Shown: positions 44,639-54,594 of the stretch, one piece after another
Numbering within the stretch: the stretch's first letter is position 1
Layout of the letters: each line of letters starts with the position of its first letter
Assembly: GCA_003009755.1 (NCBI GenBank)
Contig: PXUB01000038.1
Location: forward strand, 55,730 to 119,729
Source of the DNA: Thermoplasmatales archaeon SW_10_69_26
GTDB lineage: Archaea > Thermoplasmatota > SW-10-69-26
DNA: 64,000 bases
Direction: 5' to 3'
Program-made: the position numbers and the translations under genes
Notes under the pieces: generated by a model
What the model was told of the DNA's origin: nothing
The model's input: only the letters and a program-made list of their open reading frames with translations
Databases searched by the model: none

Positions 44639-45211
44639 TCACTCGGTCAGCTCGTCGCGGACCTCGCGCATCGCTCGCGCATAGACGGTGAGCTGCTCGG
44701 CCAGCTGATCGAACCGGCTCTCCCAGGTGTCCGGGTCGGCTGGGCCTTCGTCGGTGAACATGTCGGCCGGGTGCGGGACGTTGACGGCGCGAGGCACGGT
44801 CTGGCTGTTCAGGCCGCCGTTGACGACGAGGCGCAGCTGCTCCTCGCAGCGAACCCCGCCCACCGAGCCGCCGACGGTGACGAGCCCGAAGGCCTTGTGC
44901 GCCCACGGCTCCCAGATGTGGTCGATGACGTTCTTCAGCGCGCCCGGGTAGCCGTGGTTGTACTCCGGAGTCACGATCGCGAACCCGTCGGCCGCCTCGA
45001 CCGTCTCCACGAAGGAGCGCTCGGTCTCGCCCAGCATGTCCTTCTTCGGCAACCGCATCTCGAGGTCCCCCAGGCCCAGTTCGCCCGGGTTCACGAGCGT
45101 CGATGTGATCTCCTCGTGGGCCCGGAAGCGTTCGAGGGTGTAGTCCGCGACCACGGCTGTCTCGTTGCCCTCGCGCAGCGTGCCCTGGATGACGGGGAGG
45201 CGGACGGTCAT
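44639..45211 (-). CDS. NADPH-dependent FMN reductase
   Basis: GTLR.G, VTPEYNHGYPGALKN.ID, GG.R. Confidence 0.9.
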   Translation of the reverse strand: MTVRLPVIQGTLREGNETAVVADYTLERFRAHEEITSTLVNPGELGLGDLEMRLPKKDMLGETERSFVETVEAADGFAIVTPEYNHGYPGALKNVIDHIWEPWAHKAFGLVTVGGSVGGVRCEEQLRLVVNGGLNSQTVPRAVNVPHPADMFTDEGPADPDTWESRFDQLAEQLTVYARAMREVRDELTE

Positions 45212-45304
45212 CGAGATCGCGAGCGCCCTCGGCCGGGAAAGGGTTGGGTTCGACGGTAGGTTCCCTGAAAGCAGCCCCCGAACGGCGAACCCCTCCTGCC
45301 GGGC

Positions 45305-45392
45305 TGGTCCACCAGATCGAGCACCCCTCCCGTCTCAGCTCCTCGGTGACGTTGGGTCCGACCTCGCCGGCCCCAGCCACCACGACGTGCAC
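45305..45392 (-). pseudogene. N-terminal remnant of a second TrkA
   Basis: VHVVVAGAGEVGPNVTEELRREG Rossmann start, then the sequence degenerates. Confidence 0.5.
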
Positions 45393-45443
45393 GGCCGGAG
45401 GCGACGGGTCCAAAGCTTCAACCGGTCGGCGGACGGGCCGCCG

Positions 45444-46115
45444 TCACCAGGGCTCGGCCATGAACGGGGCTGTCGTCTCGCTCGTGGCGCCGTCGAGCGA
45501 GAACACCGTCGCCAGATCGCCGGCCTCGATCCGTGTCTTGCCGCGGGGGATGACCACGTCGCCGTCGCGTTCGAGGGCGACGACGATCGTCTCGTCGTCG
45601 AACAGGCCCTTGCGGCCCGCCTCGTCGAGAGTGAGGCCCGCGATCTCGGACTCCTGGTCGACGGTGATCTCGAAGATCTCGGCTCCTTTGCCGACCTCCA
45701 TGAAGTCCTGGATCGCCGGCCGCTGGACGGCGCGGTACAGGTACTCGCCGGTCAGACCGTGCGGGCTCTCGACGACGTTCACGCTCAACTGGCGGTACAG
45801 GCGGCTGTTGGCTTCGTCGTTCACCGAGCTGACGAGGGATGGGACGCCGAACTCGCGCCCGTGCATCATGACGAGCAGGTTGGTGGCGTCCTCGTCGGTC
45901 GTCGCGATCATGGCGTCGGCGTCCTCGATGTCGGCCTCGACCAGCGCCTCGACGGAGGCCCCGTCGTCGTGGATGGCGAGGCAGTCGAAGTCGGTGCTGG
46001 CCTCCTGGGCTCGCTGCTGGTTCTGCTCGATGACGACGACCTCGTGGCCCTCGTTCGTCGCCATCTCGAGGACGCGGCGCCCGGTGCGGCCGGCCCCGAC
46101 GACGATCATGAACAC
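45444..46115 (-). CDS. trkA: Trk potassium uptake NAD-binding subunit
   Basis: VVGAGRTG, TTDEDATN, TrkA-C IPRGKTRIEAGD. Confidence 0.92.
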   Translation of the reverse strand: MFMIVVGAGRTGRRVLEMATNEGHEVVVIEQNQQRAQEASTDFDCLAIHDDGASVEALVEADIEDADAMIATTDEDATNLLVMMHGREFGVPSLVSSVNDEANSRLYRQLSVNVVESPHGLTGEYLYRAVQRPAIQDFMEVGKGAEIFEITVDQESEIAGLTLDEAGRKGLFDDETIVVALERDGDVVIPRGKTRIEAGDLATVFSLDGATSETTAPFMAEPW

Positions 46116-46154
46116 AGCCGGGCATACCGGCCTCGGCCTAAAGCCATCGGGCCC

Positions 46155-47789
46155 TCATCGGAACTTCATCCCGAAGCTGACCGCGCGGATGAGAGCCAGC
46201 ACGGGGAAGATCTCCAGCCGGCCCAGCCACATGAGGAACACGAAACTGGTCTTCGCGGTCGTGTTCATCGCCGGTCCGGTCAACCCGGCGGAGAGACCGA
46301 CGGTGCCTTGCGCGGAGGCGACCTCGAAGGCGACGTCCTTGAGCGCCAGCCCCGGCTCGACGCCGAGGTACAGCAACGTCCCCAAGGCGAAGAACAGGCC
46401 GTAGGCGATGGCCAACAGCCCGGCCTCGCCGAACTCCTTGCCGGCCTCGTCGGCGTCGAGGGTGCGCTTGGTGGTGCGGACGGTCTGGATCGCGTTCTCG
46501 GGCAGGAAGGCCCCGTGGATCTTCCAGCGAAGCGCCTTGGCCAACAGGTAGCCGCGGATCAGCTTGATGCCGCCGGTCGTCGACCCGGCCGAGCCCTGGA
46601 TGTTCATGCCGAAGAGGACCAGCAGCATGATGGGGGCCGCCGACCAGATGCCGATGTCGGTCGTCTGCCACCCGGTCCCGGTCAGGCCGCTGATCCACTG
46701 GAAGGCGCCCTCCCGGACCGCGGGCGATCGCGCGATCTCCCGGAGGCCGGCCAGGCTCGTCCAGGCCACCTCCGGGAACGGGAAGGTGACCTGGGAGAGC
46801 AGGTACACCAGTGCCGGCCCCCCGAGCACGATCAAGACGAACATCGTGCGGACCTGGGGGTCCTGCGTGAACACGCGAGGATCGCGGTCGTTGAACGCCA
46901 AGTAGTACAAAGGCAAGGCGATGGCGCCGAGGATCATCGGCAGCATGTGGACGAGCTCCAGCGCGTAGCTCCCGTAGCCGGCGATCGAGTCGTCGAGCAC
47001 GCTGAATCCGCCGGTGGCCTGGCCGGTCATCGCGTGGTTGACGGCGTCGAAGATCGTGTTGGCGAGACCGTAGTCCGGCTGGAGGACGAACAGCGCGCTG
47101 GCCAGGTAGGCGGCCACGAGGGCGGTCAGGGCGGCGTAGACGACGGCGATCGAGCGTGCGGTCGCCACGATCGACGGGCGCACGCGCTGCTGGCGGGCCT
47201 CGGACTTGTACAAGGAGTAGCTGCCGGCGCCGCCGCCCTGCCGCAAGACCGCCAACGCGAGCACGACGACGCCGGCCCCGCCGATCCACTGCGTGAGCGA
47301 CCGGTACAGCAGAAGCGAGTGCGACAGCGAGGGCTCGTGGACGGTCATCGTGAGCCCGGTCGTGGTGTACCCGCTCATCGCCTCGAACACGGCGTTCAGC
47401 GGGTCCCGGAAGTAGTAGAGGCTGGAGACGTAGTCGGCGCTGGCGGGAACATGCGAGGCGACGATCTGGCTGGGCGTCCACCAGGCCGCTAGAAGATAGG
47501 GCAAGGCGCCGAAGAGGGCCACGGAGAGCCAGCCGGCGCCGGCCGTCACCATGGCGTGACGCAGCTTGGGTTCGCCCGCGCCCTGGAACCCACGGTACAA
47601 CAGGTACCCGGACGCGACCGTGATGCCGGACGAAGCCAGGAAGGACAGCCCCGAGTACAGCTCGCCGTAGACCGCCGCGACGAGGGCTGGGATCACCATC
47701 AACGCCCCGATGAGGAACAGCAATCCTCCGACGTCGCGGAGGACGATGCCGAGGCTTCGGGGGACCTGTTCGTGCGCGGCCCGAGGCAC
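46155..47789 (-). CDS. trkH: Trk potassium uptake membrane subunit
   Basis: FEAMSGYTTTG, ATGGF, GSTTGGIK, SAQGTVGLS, GRLE; start estimated. Confidence 0.92.
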   Translation of the reverse strand: MPRAAHEQVPRSLGIVLRDVGGLLFLIGALMVIPALVAAVYGELYSGLSFLASSGITVASGYLLYRGFQGAGEPKLRHAMVTAGAGWLSVALFGALPYLLAAWWTPSQIVASHVPASADYVSSLYYFRDPLNAVFEAMSGYTTTGLTMTVHEPSLSHSLLLYRSLTQWIGGAGVVVLALAVLRQGGGAGSYSLYKSEARQQRVRPSIVATARSIAVVYAALTALVAAYLASALFVLQPDYGLANTIFDAVNHAMTGQATGGFSVLDDSIAGYGSYALELVHMLPMILGAIALPLYYLAFNDRDPRVFTQDPQVRTMFVLIVLGGPALVYLLSQVTFPFPEVAWTSLAGLREIARSPAVREGAFQWISGLTGTGWQTTDIGIWSAAPIMLLVLFGMNIQGSAGSTTGGIKLIRGYLLAKALRWKIHGAFLPENAIQTVRTTKRTLDADEAGKEFGEAGLLAIAYGLFFALGTLLYLGVEPGLALKDVAFEVASAQGTVGLSAGLTGPAMNTTAKTSFVFLMWLGRLEIFPVLALIRAVSFGMKFR

Positions 47790-47956
47790 GGGGTCAGCAC
47801 CCGTCCGCCACGGAAAAGGGCTTCGCGGGCCGGGAACGCCGCCCGCGGCTAGTCTTGATACGTTCTCACGCGGTTCGTCGGGTCGTGGGCGCTCTCGAGG
47901 CCGGAGGGCGGTTGGCTTGCCACCGTTGCGGGCCTTACCGATCTCCGAGAGCGGCC

Positions 47957-48517
47957 TCAGCGCCGGCCAAGGCGTATCGCCAAGGCCACCCACAGCGCCG
48001 CCAGGACGCCGGCGACGCCCGGCGTCGGCACGGCCACGGCCTCGGGCGGGCCCTCGTCCTCGCTCGCGCCGGCCGGCGAGGCCTCGATCACGAAGGTTCC
48101 CCGCTCGCCCAGGTCACCGTGGCCCGGCTGCCCGCAGTGGAACCCGTACGTGGCGGGTGGCACGTCCTCGATCGTCGTGAAGTTGAACGTGACGCTGTCG
48201 CCGGGCTCGATCGGGTCGTCCACCGAGTAGTTGGCCAGCGGCGTGCCGGGCTCGAAGGAGAGGTTGTGGGCGACCTCGCCGCCGTTCTCGACGGTGAGCT
48301 CGATCGGGTGGACCCCCTGGAAGCGCACCTCGGCGGCGTCGTCCACGATGTTGCCCTCGGTGCCGGGCCCGCCGGTGACGCGGATGCAGGAGGCCCGGTC
48401 GTCGGGGCAACCCTCGCCCTCGAGGAAGGTGAACGTCAGCTCGGCCGCGTGCGCCGCCGCTGGGGACGCGAGGACGACCAAGACGAGGATCGCGGCGGCA
48501 AGCGTGCCCCTGCTCAC
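47957..48517 (-). CDS. exported cupredoxin-domain protein with C-terminal sorting anchor
   Basis: signal peptide, HNL, CGQPGH; TPG + TM + RR tail. Confidence 0.75.
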   Translation of the reverse strand: MSRGTLAAAILVLVVLASPAAAHAAELTFTFLEGEGCPDDRASCIRVTGGPGTEGNIVDDAAEVRFQGVHPIELTVENGGEVAHNLSFEPGTPLANYSVDDPIEPGDSVTFNFTTIEDVPPATYGFHCGQPGHGDLGERGTFVIEASPAGASEDEGPPEAVAVPTPGVAGVLAALWVALAIRLGRR

Positions 48518-49159
48518 GGGCCGTCATGGCGCCCGGGCGAAAAGAACGTTGCGGGGCCTCCCGGCCCGGCTGTCTCGTTAAGCAGGGGCCGCGAAGGACA
48601 CGAAGGATCGCCAAGGCCACGACGGGCCTGTGACTCGCCGCCGGGCGGCGTTGTCACGGCAGCTGCTCGCCTTTGTGCCCTGGCGTCCCGTCGCGTCCTT
48701 GGTGGTCCCCCCCCCCGTTTCTTGTCCTTACAGCCCCGCCCACCGGAACCCCAACGTATTTGTACGGGATAGAGCCCGCTGTCTCGTAGACGATAATTGC
48801 TGCGGGGAGTCCCCCGGTTGGACGCCCTGCCGCCCCTCCTCGCCGATCTCGATCCAACCAGCCCTGGCTGTCGCTCGGGGACAGCTTCACCTGCGCGGTC
48901 GACAGGAAGCGCGCAGAGACGCAGGGAAGCAGCGGAGCAGAGAGAAGCGCGGACGGCCGGCAACCGATCCCACCCGAAGACCGAACCGCGCCCCAGACCG
49001 AGGGACGAGGGGCCCATCGCGCCCGGCCCCCGGGGCCTCTTTCGCGACCGGTTTCCGTTTCCGGGGGTCGGTCGGCGTCGAGGCCCCTCGAGGAAGGAAA
49101 AGGGTCGATGATGTTCGCCCGGGAGGCTATCCCTGCCCAGCCCCACTGACCGATCCACG

Positions 49160-50023
49160 ATGGCCACCCCCAGCGATCGGGAACCGTCCAGCGGACCGGA
49201 CCAGGAAGCCATGGGTCGGATGGGCGAGGGCTATTTCATCCTCGGCATGGCCGTCCAGGTCGGCTTGGTCGGGCTCGTCGGCTTGGCGCTGGTCGGCGTC
49301 CAAGGGCTGGGGTTCATCTCCCTGGGCACAGCCGTCGCCTTGGCGGGGCTGGCGATCGGTGTCCTGGCCGTCGGCACGATCCTGACGCTGGCCTCGCTGC
49401 GGCACACGCTCAACGTGCTCTACGACCACGACGATCGCATCGACCGGGTCGCGGAGCGCGTCGGGCGTCTGGCGCAAGAGGTCCGCGGTGACGAGGCCGT
49501 CGGGTGGAAGGGCGAAGAGATGGATCTGACCGCTCACCGACCCCACGAGCGGGCCCCTCCCTCGGACCCGCAGGAGCGTCGGCCCGAGCCAGGCCCCGGC
49601 TCACCCCCGGACCCTCTCCAGCACGAGCCGGTGCATCCGATCGTGGACGTGCCGGGCATCGACGGGGATCAGGCCGAGCGCTTGGCCGATCTGGAGGTCG
49701 AGGACACCGACCAGCTGCGTGCGCGGGACACGATGTACCTGGCAGGCCAACTGCAAGAACAGCCGGGGACCGTCCGCCGCTGGCAGGCGACCGCCGACAT
49801 GATGACGGTCGAGGGGGTCGGCGGGGAGCAGGCGCTGATGATGGCCGAGGCGGGCCTCGGCTCCGTCGACGAGCTGGCCCACGAATCCCCCGAGCGGCTG
49901 ATGGCTCGGGTCGAGGAGGCCGACGTCGGCGAGTCGGCTCCGCCCGTGGGCCCCCAGCAGGCCGACCGGTGGATCCAGGCTGCCCGTCGCCGGCAGACTT
50001 CCACCGAGGAGCGGGAGGCCTAG
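49160..50023 (+). CDS. membrane-anchored helix-hairpin-helix protein (DUF4332-like)
   Basis: two TM helices; VPGID, VRRWQATAD..VEGVG, WIQAAR. Confidence 0.7.
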   Translation: MATPSDREPSSGPDQEAMGRMGEGYFILGMAVQVGLVGLVGLALVGVQGLGFISLGTAVALAGLAIGVLAVGTILTLASLRHTLNVLYDHDDRIDRVAERVGRLAQEVRGDEAVGWKGEEMDLTAHRPHERAPPSDPQERRPEPGPGSPPDPLQHEPVHPIVDVPGIDGDQAERLADLEVEDTDQLRARDTMYLAGQLQEQPGTVRRWQATADMMTVEGVGGEQALMMAEAGLGSVDELAHESPERLMARVEEADVGESAPPVGPQQADRWIQAARRRQTSTEEREA

Positions 50024-50087
50024 ACTGCCGGCGATGCTTGGGTTAGGCTCTCGATCGGCCTCAGGCGGTGAAAGCGCGGAGCCGAGA
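50021..50087 (+). repeat. second, left-end-only copy of the 395-bp MITE
   Basis: 64/67 identical to 39493-39559; overlaps the TAG stop of the upstream gene. Confidence 0.85.
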
Positions 50088-50515
50088 GGAGGGAACACCG
50101 GGGACCTGCTCCACCAGTACCGGTTGGCGCCCACCGGAGGGCCGGGGACCGTCGGACGGACCGTGTGCTTGAAAGGGGAGAAGACCAAAGGGCGGGTCAC
50201 CTTGCCTGACGACGGGCCGCCCCAGGGACCTCCGATCGGTGGCGCACCGGGAGGAGGACCTGGCGTTATCGAGATGATCGGGAAGCGGAAGGCTGCGCTC
50301 GTGGCGCTGGCCGGCGTGATCGCCGGCGCGCTGGCGTCGCTGATCCCTCGCTTCCTGATCTGACCGCTGCATCCGCGTTCCGATCGCTGCCGACCAGCAC
50401 CCCCAGCTCCTCGCTCGGCCCCCAGACCATCCCGTGAGCCATCCTCGGCTCGCCACCGTCGACGGCGAACCCCGGAACGGTTATACGTACACATCCGTTC
50501 GCATTGAGACGAACG

Positions 50516-50713
50516 ATGGTCGGACAACGCGCCGTCGCGACGACGGTCGGGTTCGTGTTCACCGCCGTCGGGATCCCCGGCTTCATCGGCGGCGGGTTCG
50601 TTGTGGACCTGCTGGCGCTGACCATGGCCGACAGCGTCCTGCACCTGGTGGTCACCCTCGGCCTGCTCGTGCCCGGCTTGAGGCTCGATACGCGTGCGCC
50701 GGCCCACGCCTGA
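50516..50713 (+). CDS. short DUF4383-like membrane protein (half-length)
   Basis: G.VF..VGI.GF...DSVLHLVV resembles the second half of the 51785 protein. Confidence 0.5.
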   Translation: MVGQRAVATTVGFVFTAVGIPGFIGGGFVVDLLALTMADSVLHLVVTLGLLVPGLRLDTRAPAHA

Positions 50714-50722
50714 GGGTTCCTG

Positions 50723-50950
50723 GTGGCGGTGACCAAAGCCCTCCTCCACTCGCTGGTTCCCGGTCACGGGATCTGGTCCACGCTGCTGGAGATCGGGGTC
50801 TTCGTGACCCTGGTCCTGGCCATCCTGGGAGCCGTGGTCGTCGGCGAGGATGGCCTCGAGGGGCGCGAACGCTGGTCGTGGCTGGCGATCGTCCTGCTCG
50901 TACCGATCGCGGGGACGATCACCTACCTCGTCCGCCGGCGGCACCGCTGA
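50723..50950 (+). CDS. PLDc N-terminal-like small membrane protein
   Basis: W..IVLLVPIAG.I.YL..RR. Confidence 0.65.
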   Translation: MAVTKALLHSLVPGHGIWSTLLEIGVFVTLVLAILGAVVVGEDGLEGRERWSWLAIVLLVPIAGTITYLVRRRHR

Positions 50951-51012
50951 CCCCACCCTCCATTCGGTCCAGGGCGAACGTTTTTCTTGTCGTATCCCTC
51001 ACGTGATATCGG

Positions 51013-51723
51013 ATGCCCACCTCCAACTTCGACATCTACGAGGTCGGTGACGATTACGTCGCCGTGACCAACGAGGTCCGACGCTCGATCCTGTCCAAGT
51101 TGGAGGAGGGGCCCTCCCAGCTGCCCGACCTGGTGGAGCTCACCGGCAGGTCCAAGTCCACGCTGTCGAGCATCCACGTGCGCGAGCTCGTCGACCAGGG
51201 CATCGTCGAGGCTGGCGCCCATCCCCAGGACGAGCGCAAGAAGGTCTACCAGCTCGCGGGACGCAAGATCGGATCCTCGGACGTGCCGCTAGAGGAGCTG
51301 CGTGAGGCCGTGAAGGAGTACGTCAGCCTCGCGCCCGAGGCGGCTCGCTTCCCGCTCTCCGTCGCGATCGACGCGATGGCGGCGGCCCCCGAGGACGCCG
51401 GCGAGGACCTGCTAGGCGCCCAGGCTCGGCGCCTGGGCCTGCTCGTCGGTCAGCTGCTCGACGTCGGCCGAGGCCGCGACCGACTGATGGACATCGCCGA
51501 CATGCTCGAACGCGAGGGCCTGGCGGACCCGGTCCGCCTGGACATGGAGGCCGGCGACCGCCTGGTGCTTCGCCCGGGCGATAGCGCCCCCAGAGAGGCC
51601 TCGCTGGCGCGTACGGGCGTCCTCGTCGCAGCACTCGTCGAAGGCGTTCTCGCCACCGACGGAGCCCCCGAGGTCGAGGTCAGCGTGGTCTCGGACGAGC
51701 GCTTCGCGCTCGCCATCACCTGA
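51013..51723 (+). CDS. ArsR-like winged-helix transcriptional regulator with C-terminal effector (V4R-like) domain
   Basis: NEVRRSIL..L...DLVELTGRSKSTLS..HVRELV..GIV...D.RKKVY. Confidence 0.8.
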   Translation: MPTSNFDIYEVGDDYVAVTNEVRRSILSKLEEGPSQLPDLVELTGRSKSTLSSIHVRELVDQGIVEAGAHPQDERKKVYQLAGRKIGSSDVPLEELREAVKEYVSLAPEAARFPLSVAIDAMAAAPEDAGEDLLGAQARRLGLLVGQLLDVGRGRDRLMDIADMLEREGLADPVRLDMEAGDRLVLRPGDSAPREASLARTGVLVAALVEGVLATDGAPEVEVSVVSDERFALAIT

Positions 51724-51784
51724 GCACTCCGAACGTTCGTTGCCACCCAAACGTTATGTTGGGTAGGGGTCTTGCGTCGCCACC

Positions 51785-52234
51785 ATGGCCGAAGTCGCCA
51801 CGACAGAAGATGCGAACCAGGACACCGTCGACCCGATCGCCAACGTCGACATCTACTGGAAGACGAGCGCGATCGCCCTCGCCGCCGTTGCCATTCTGGG
51901 CATCGCCCTCAACCTCATCGGAGGCAACTTCGCCTACACCCCCAACATCGCCTTCATGGAGAGCGTCCTCGTCTTCGACTGGACGCACAACGTCGTGCAC
52001 GTCCTCCTCGCTGGCGTTGCGGGCGCCTTCGGCTTCGGTGACTTCGACGCCGAGCTCTCTGCCAACGTCGCCAAGGTCGTCGGCATCGTGTACATCGCTC
52101 TCGGCGTCGTCGGCTTCGTCCCCGCCGTCACCGATCTCCTCCAGAGCCTGCTCGGGCTCGGGCTCGAGGCGGGCGAGAACGTGATCCACCTCGCCCTCGG
52201 TGCCTGGGGCACCTACGCCGGCTTCTCCGCGTGA
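51785..52234 (+). CDS. DUF4383-like 4-TM membrane protein
   Basis: HNVVHVLL, VGIVYIALGVVGF, ENVIHLALG. Confidence 0.75.
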   Translation: MAEVATTEDANQDTVDPIANVDIYWKTSAIALAAVAILGIALNLIGGNFAYTPNIAFMESVLVFDWTHNVVHVLLAGVAGAFGFGDFDAELSANVAKVVGIVYIALGVVGFVPAVTDLLQSLLGLGLEAGENVIHLALGAWGTYAGFSA

Positions 52235-52436
52235 GGTCCCTTCACGGCCCGGGCAGCCTCCGCTCCGTTGTTCCCCCGCCCGGGTCCGCCTTTCTCTCCT
52301 CCTTTCCCCTCTCCTCCCCTCTTCTACTCCGTTCCCTCAGACCACTCGACCCCCACCTATCGATACCCTACGTATAGAAACAAACGTTTGGTCTGGGGCA
52401 AACGGTTATGTGGTGTAGGTCGTTTGGGCGGTTGAC

Positions 52437-54497
52437 GTGATGCCCTTGCCCCTGTCAAGCGCCGGTTCCCGTCTCCCGCCCGTACTCGTGGCCCTTGCTC
52501 TCGCCACCGCCATGGCCGTCCCGATGGCTGGAGCCCAGTCGTCAGACGTTGCCGTGACCATCGAGGACCAGACCTCGGGTGGCACGACCCTCGAGATCGC
52601 CGAGACCACCCTCCCCAACGGTGGGTTCGTGGCCATCCACGACGCCTCCATCGGTGAGGGCGAGGTCCTCGGCAGCGTGGTCGGTGCCTCCGACTTCCTC
52701 GACGAGGGCACGCACGAGGACGTGCGCGTGCACCTCTCCGAGCCGGTCACCGAGGACGCCCAGCTGATCGCCATGCCGCACGAGGACACCGACGGCGACC
52801 ACATCTACGACTTCGTCGCCGACAACGGCAACACCGACGGCCCCTACACGGCCGACGGTGAGGCCGTGACCGACGGCGCCGAGATCACCACATCCGCGAC
52901 CGTGACCGCAACCGATCAACGAAGCGACGGCGAGTCCGTGATCGTCGACCGCGTCGAGATGGCCGAGGGTGGCTTCGTCGCCATCCACGACGACCGCCTG
53001 CTCGACGGTCAGCCGCTGGCCAGCGTGGTCGGCCACTCCGGGTTCCTCTCGGCCGGCGTCCACGAGGACGTGCGCGTCGAGCTGTCGGAGACGATCTCCG
53101 GCAACGAGACGATCATCCCGATGCCGCACGCGGACAGCGACGACGACCAGACCTACGACTTCATCACCAGCGACGGCCAGGACGATCCGCCCTACCGCAA
53201 CGGCGACGACGAGGCCGTCATCGCGCAGGCCGAGGCGACCGTCACCGACGACGCCCGAGCCACCTACGAGGCCCAGCCCTCCGGCGGCCACACCGTCCAC
53301 GTCGCCGAGGTCTTCCTCCCCGACGGCGGCTTCGTCGCCATCCACGACAGCTCGCTCGCAGACGGGCAGACGTTCGACAGCGTCCGCGGCTCCAGCCAGT
53401 GCCTGGACCCCGGCGTCCACCGCGACGTCGCCGTCGAGCTCGACGACACGCTCGACGAGGACGACACCCTGATCGCGATGCCGCACGAGGACACGAACAA
53501 CAACTGCTCGTACGACTTCGTGACCTCCGACGGCAGCGAGGACGGTCCCTACACGGACGACGACGGGATCGTCACCGACGGCGCCGAGACCACCGTCTCC
53601 GCCTCGGTGAGCTACGACGTGCAGGACGCCGACGGCCGCACGATCGATCTCGGCCACGTCGACCTCTCGCAGGGCGGCTTCGTCGCCGTGCACGACGCGT
53701 CGCTGTTCGCGGGCGAGGTCCTCGGCAGCGTGATCGGCGTCAGCTCCTACCTCGACGCCGGCACCTACGAGAACGTCGAGATCGAGCTCGACACCCTGCT
53801 GAAGACCTCCCAGGTCGTCGTCCCGATGCCCCACAAGGACACCAACGGCGACGAGACCTACAACTTCGTCGACACCGAGGGCGCCGACGACGGACCCTTC
53901 GCGACGAGCGAGGGGAACCCGGTCGTCGACACCGGGCTGACCGTGGTGAACGCCCAAGTCACCATCGAGGACCAGGACGCCGGCAGCTCCGTCTCCGTCG
54001 CCAGCGTCACCATGCACGAGGGCGGGTTCGTCACCATCCACGACGGCAGCCTGCTCGAGGGCGAGGTCCTCGGCAGCGTGATCGGCGTCTCCGAGCCGCT
54101 CTCGCCCGGCACGCACGAGGACGTCGACGTCCCCCTCGACGAGCAGCCCGACGGTGAGGCGTCGCTCATCGCGATGCCGCACTACGACACGAACGGCAAC
54201 GACGCCTACGACTTCGTCGACAGCGAGGGCACCGACGATGGCCCCTACGTGACCGACAAGGGCGCCATCGTGCACGTCGCCACCGGGACCTTCGCCACCG
54301 ACGACACCGACGACAACACCGACGGGGACGCCTCCCCGAACGGTGACAGCCGAACGGATGGCGAGACCGGTGACGAGACGAGCAGCGACGACGAGCCGAT
54401 CGGCGCCGACACCGAGGACGCGCCCGGTCCGGGGCTCCTCGCGGCGCTGGCCGCTCTCGCCGCCGTGGCCGCCATCGTGGCGCCCCGGCGAGGCTGA
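52437..54497 (+). CDS. cell-surface protein with five ~118-aa DUF7282-like repeats and PGF-CTERM-like anchor
   Basis: 5x GGFV.IHD...MPH.D.NG/DG...YDFV...DGPY; signal peptide; APGPG + TM + RR. Confidence 0.85.
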   Translation: MMPLPLSSAGSRLPPVLVALALATAMAVPMAGAQSSDVAVTIEDQTSGGTTLEIAETTLPNGGFVAIHDASIGEGEVLGSVVGASDFLDEGTHEDVRVHLSEPVTEDAQLIAMPHEDTDGDHIYDFVADNGNTDGPYTADGEAVTDGAEITTSATVTATDQRSDGESVIVDRVEMAEGGFVAIHDDRLLDGQPLASVVGHSGFLSAGVHEDVRVELSETISGNETIIPMPHADSDDDQTYDFITSDGQDDPPYRNGDDEAVIAQAEATVTDDARATYEAQPSGGHTVHVAEVFLPDGGFVAIHDSSLADGQTFDSVRGSSQCLDPGVHRDVAVELDDTLDEDDTLIAMPHEDTNNNCSYDFVTSDGSEDGPYTDDDGIVTDGAETTVSASVSYDVQDADGRTIDLGHVDLSQGGFVAVHDASLFAGEVLGSVIGVSSYLDAGTYENVEIELDTLLKTSQVVVPMPHKDTNGDETYNFVDTEGADDGPFATSEGNPVVDTGLTVVNAQVTIEDQDAGSSVSVASVTMHEGGFVTIHDGSLLEGEVLGSVIGVSEPLSPGTHEDVDVPLDEQPDGEASLIAMPHYDTNGNDAYDFVDSEGTDDGPYVTDKGAIVHVATGTFATDDTDDNTDGDASPNGDSRTDGETGDETSSDDEPIGADTEDAPGPGLLAALAALAAVAAIVAPRRG

Positions 54498-54594
54498 TCG
54501 CGACGCGGCCGGGCCCGACCGCCCACCCTGCGAGTGACTCCCTTTTCCCGGGCCCGGCCGCCCGCTCCCCTCCGGCATGGCTCCCTCCGGACCC

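Larger units (their letters stand above)
50496..52404. promoter_or_regulatory. four palindromic operator-like sites CGTTYG-N8-CRAACG (50496, 50961, 51734, 52385)
   Basis: CGTTCG-cattgaga-CGAACG; CATTCG-gtccaggg-CGAACG; CGTTCG-ttgccacc-CAAACG; CGTTTG-gtctgggg-CAAACG; each in a promoter region. Confidence 0.7.

Noticed and set aside
50274-50363. 29-aa hydrophobic ORF MIGKRKAALVALAG...
   Set aside because: SD-like sequence is too far upstream and there is no other support
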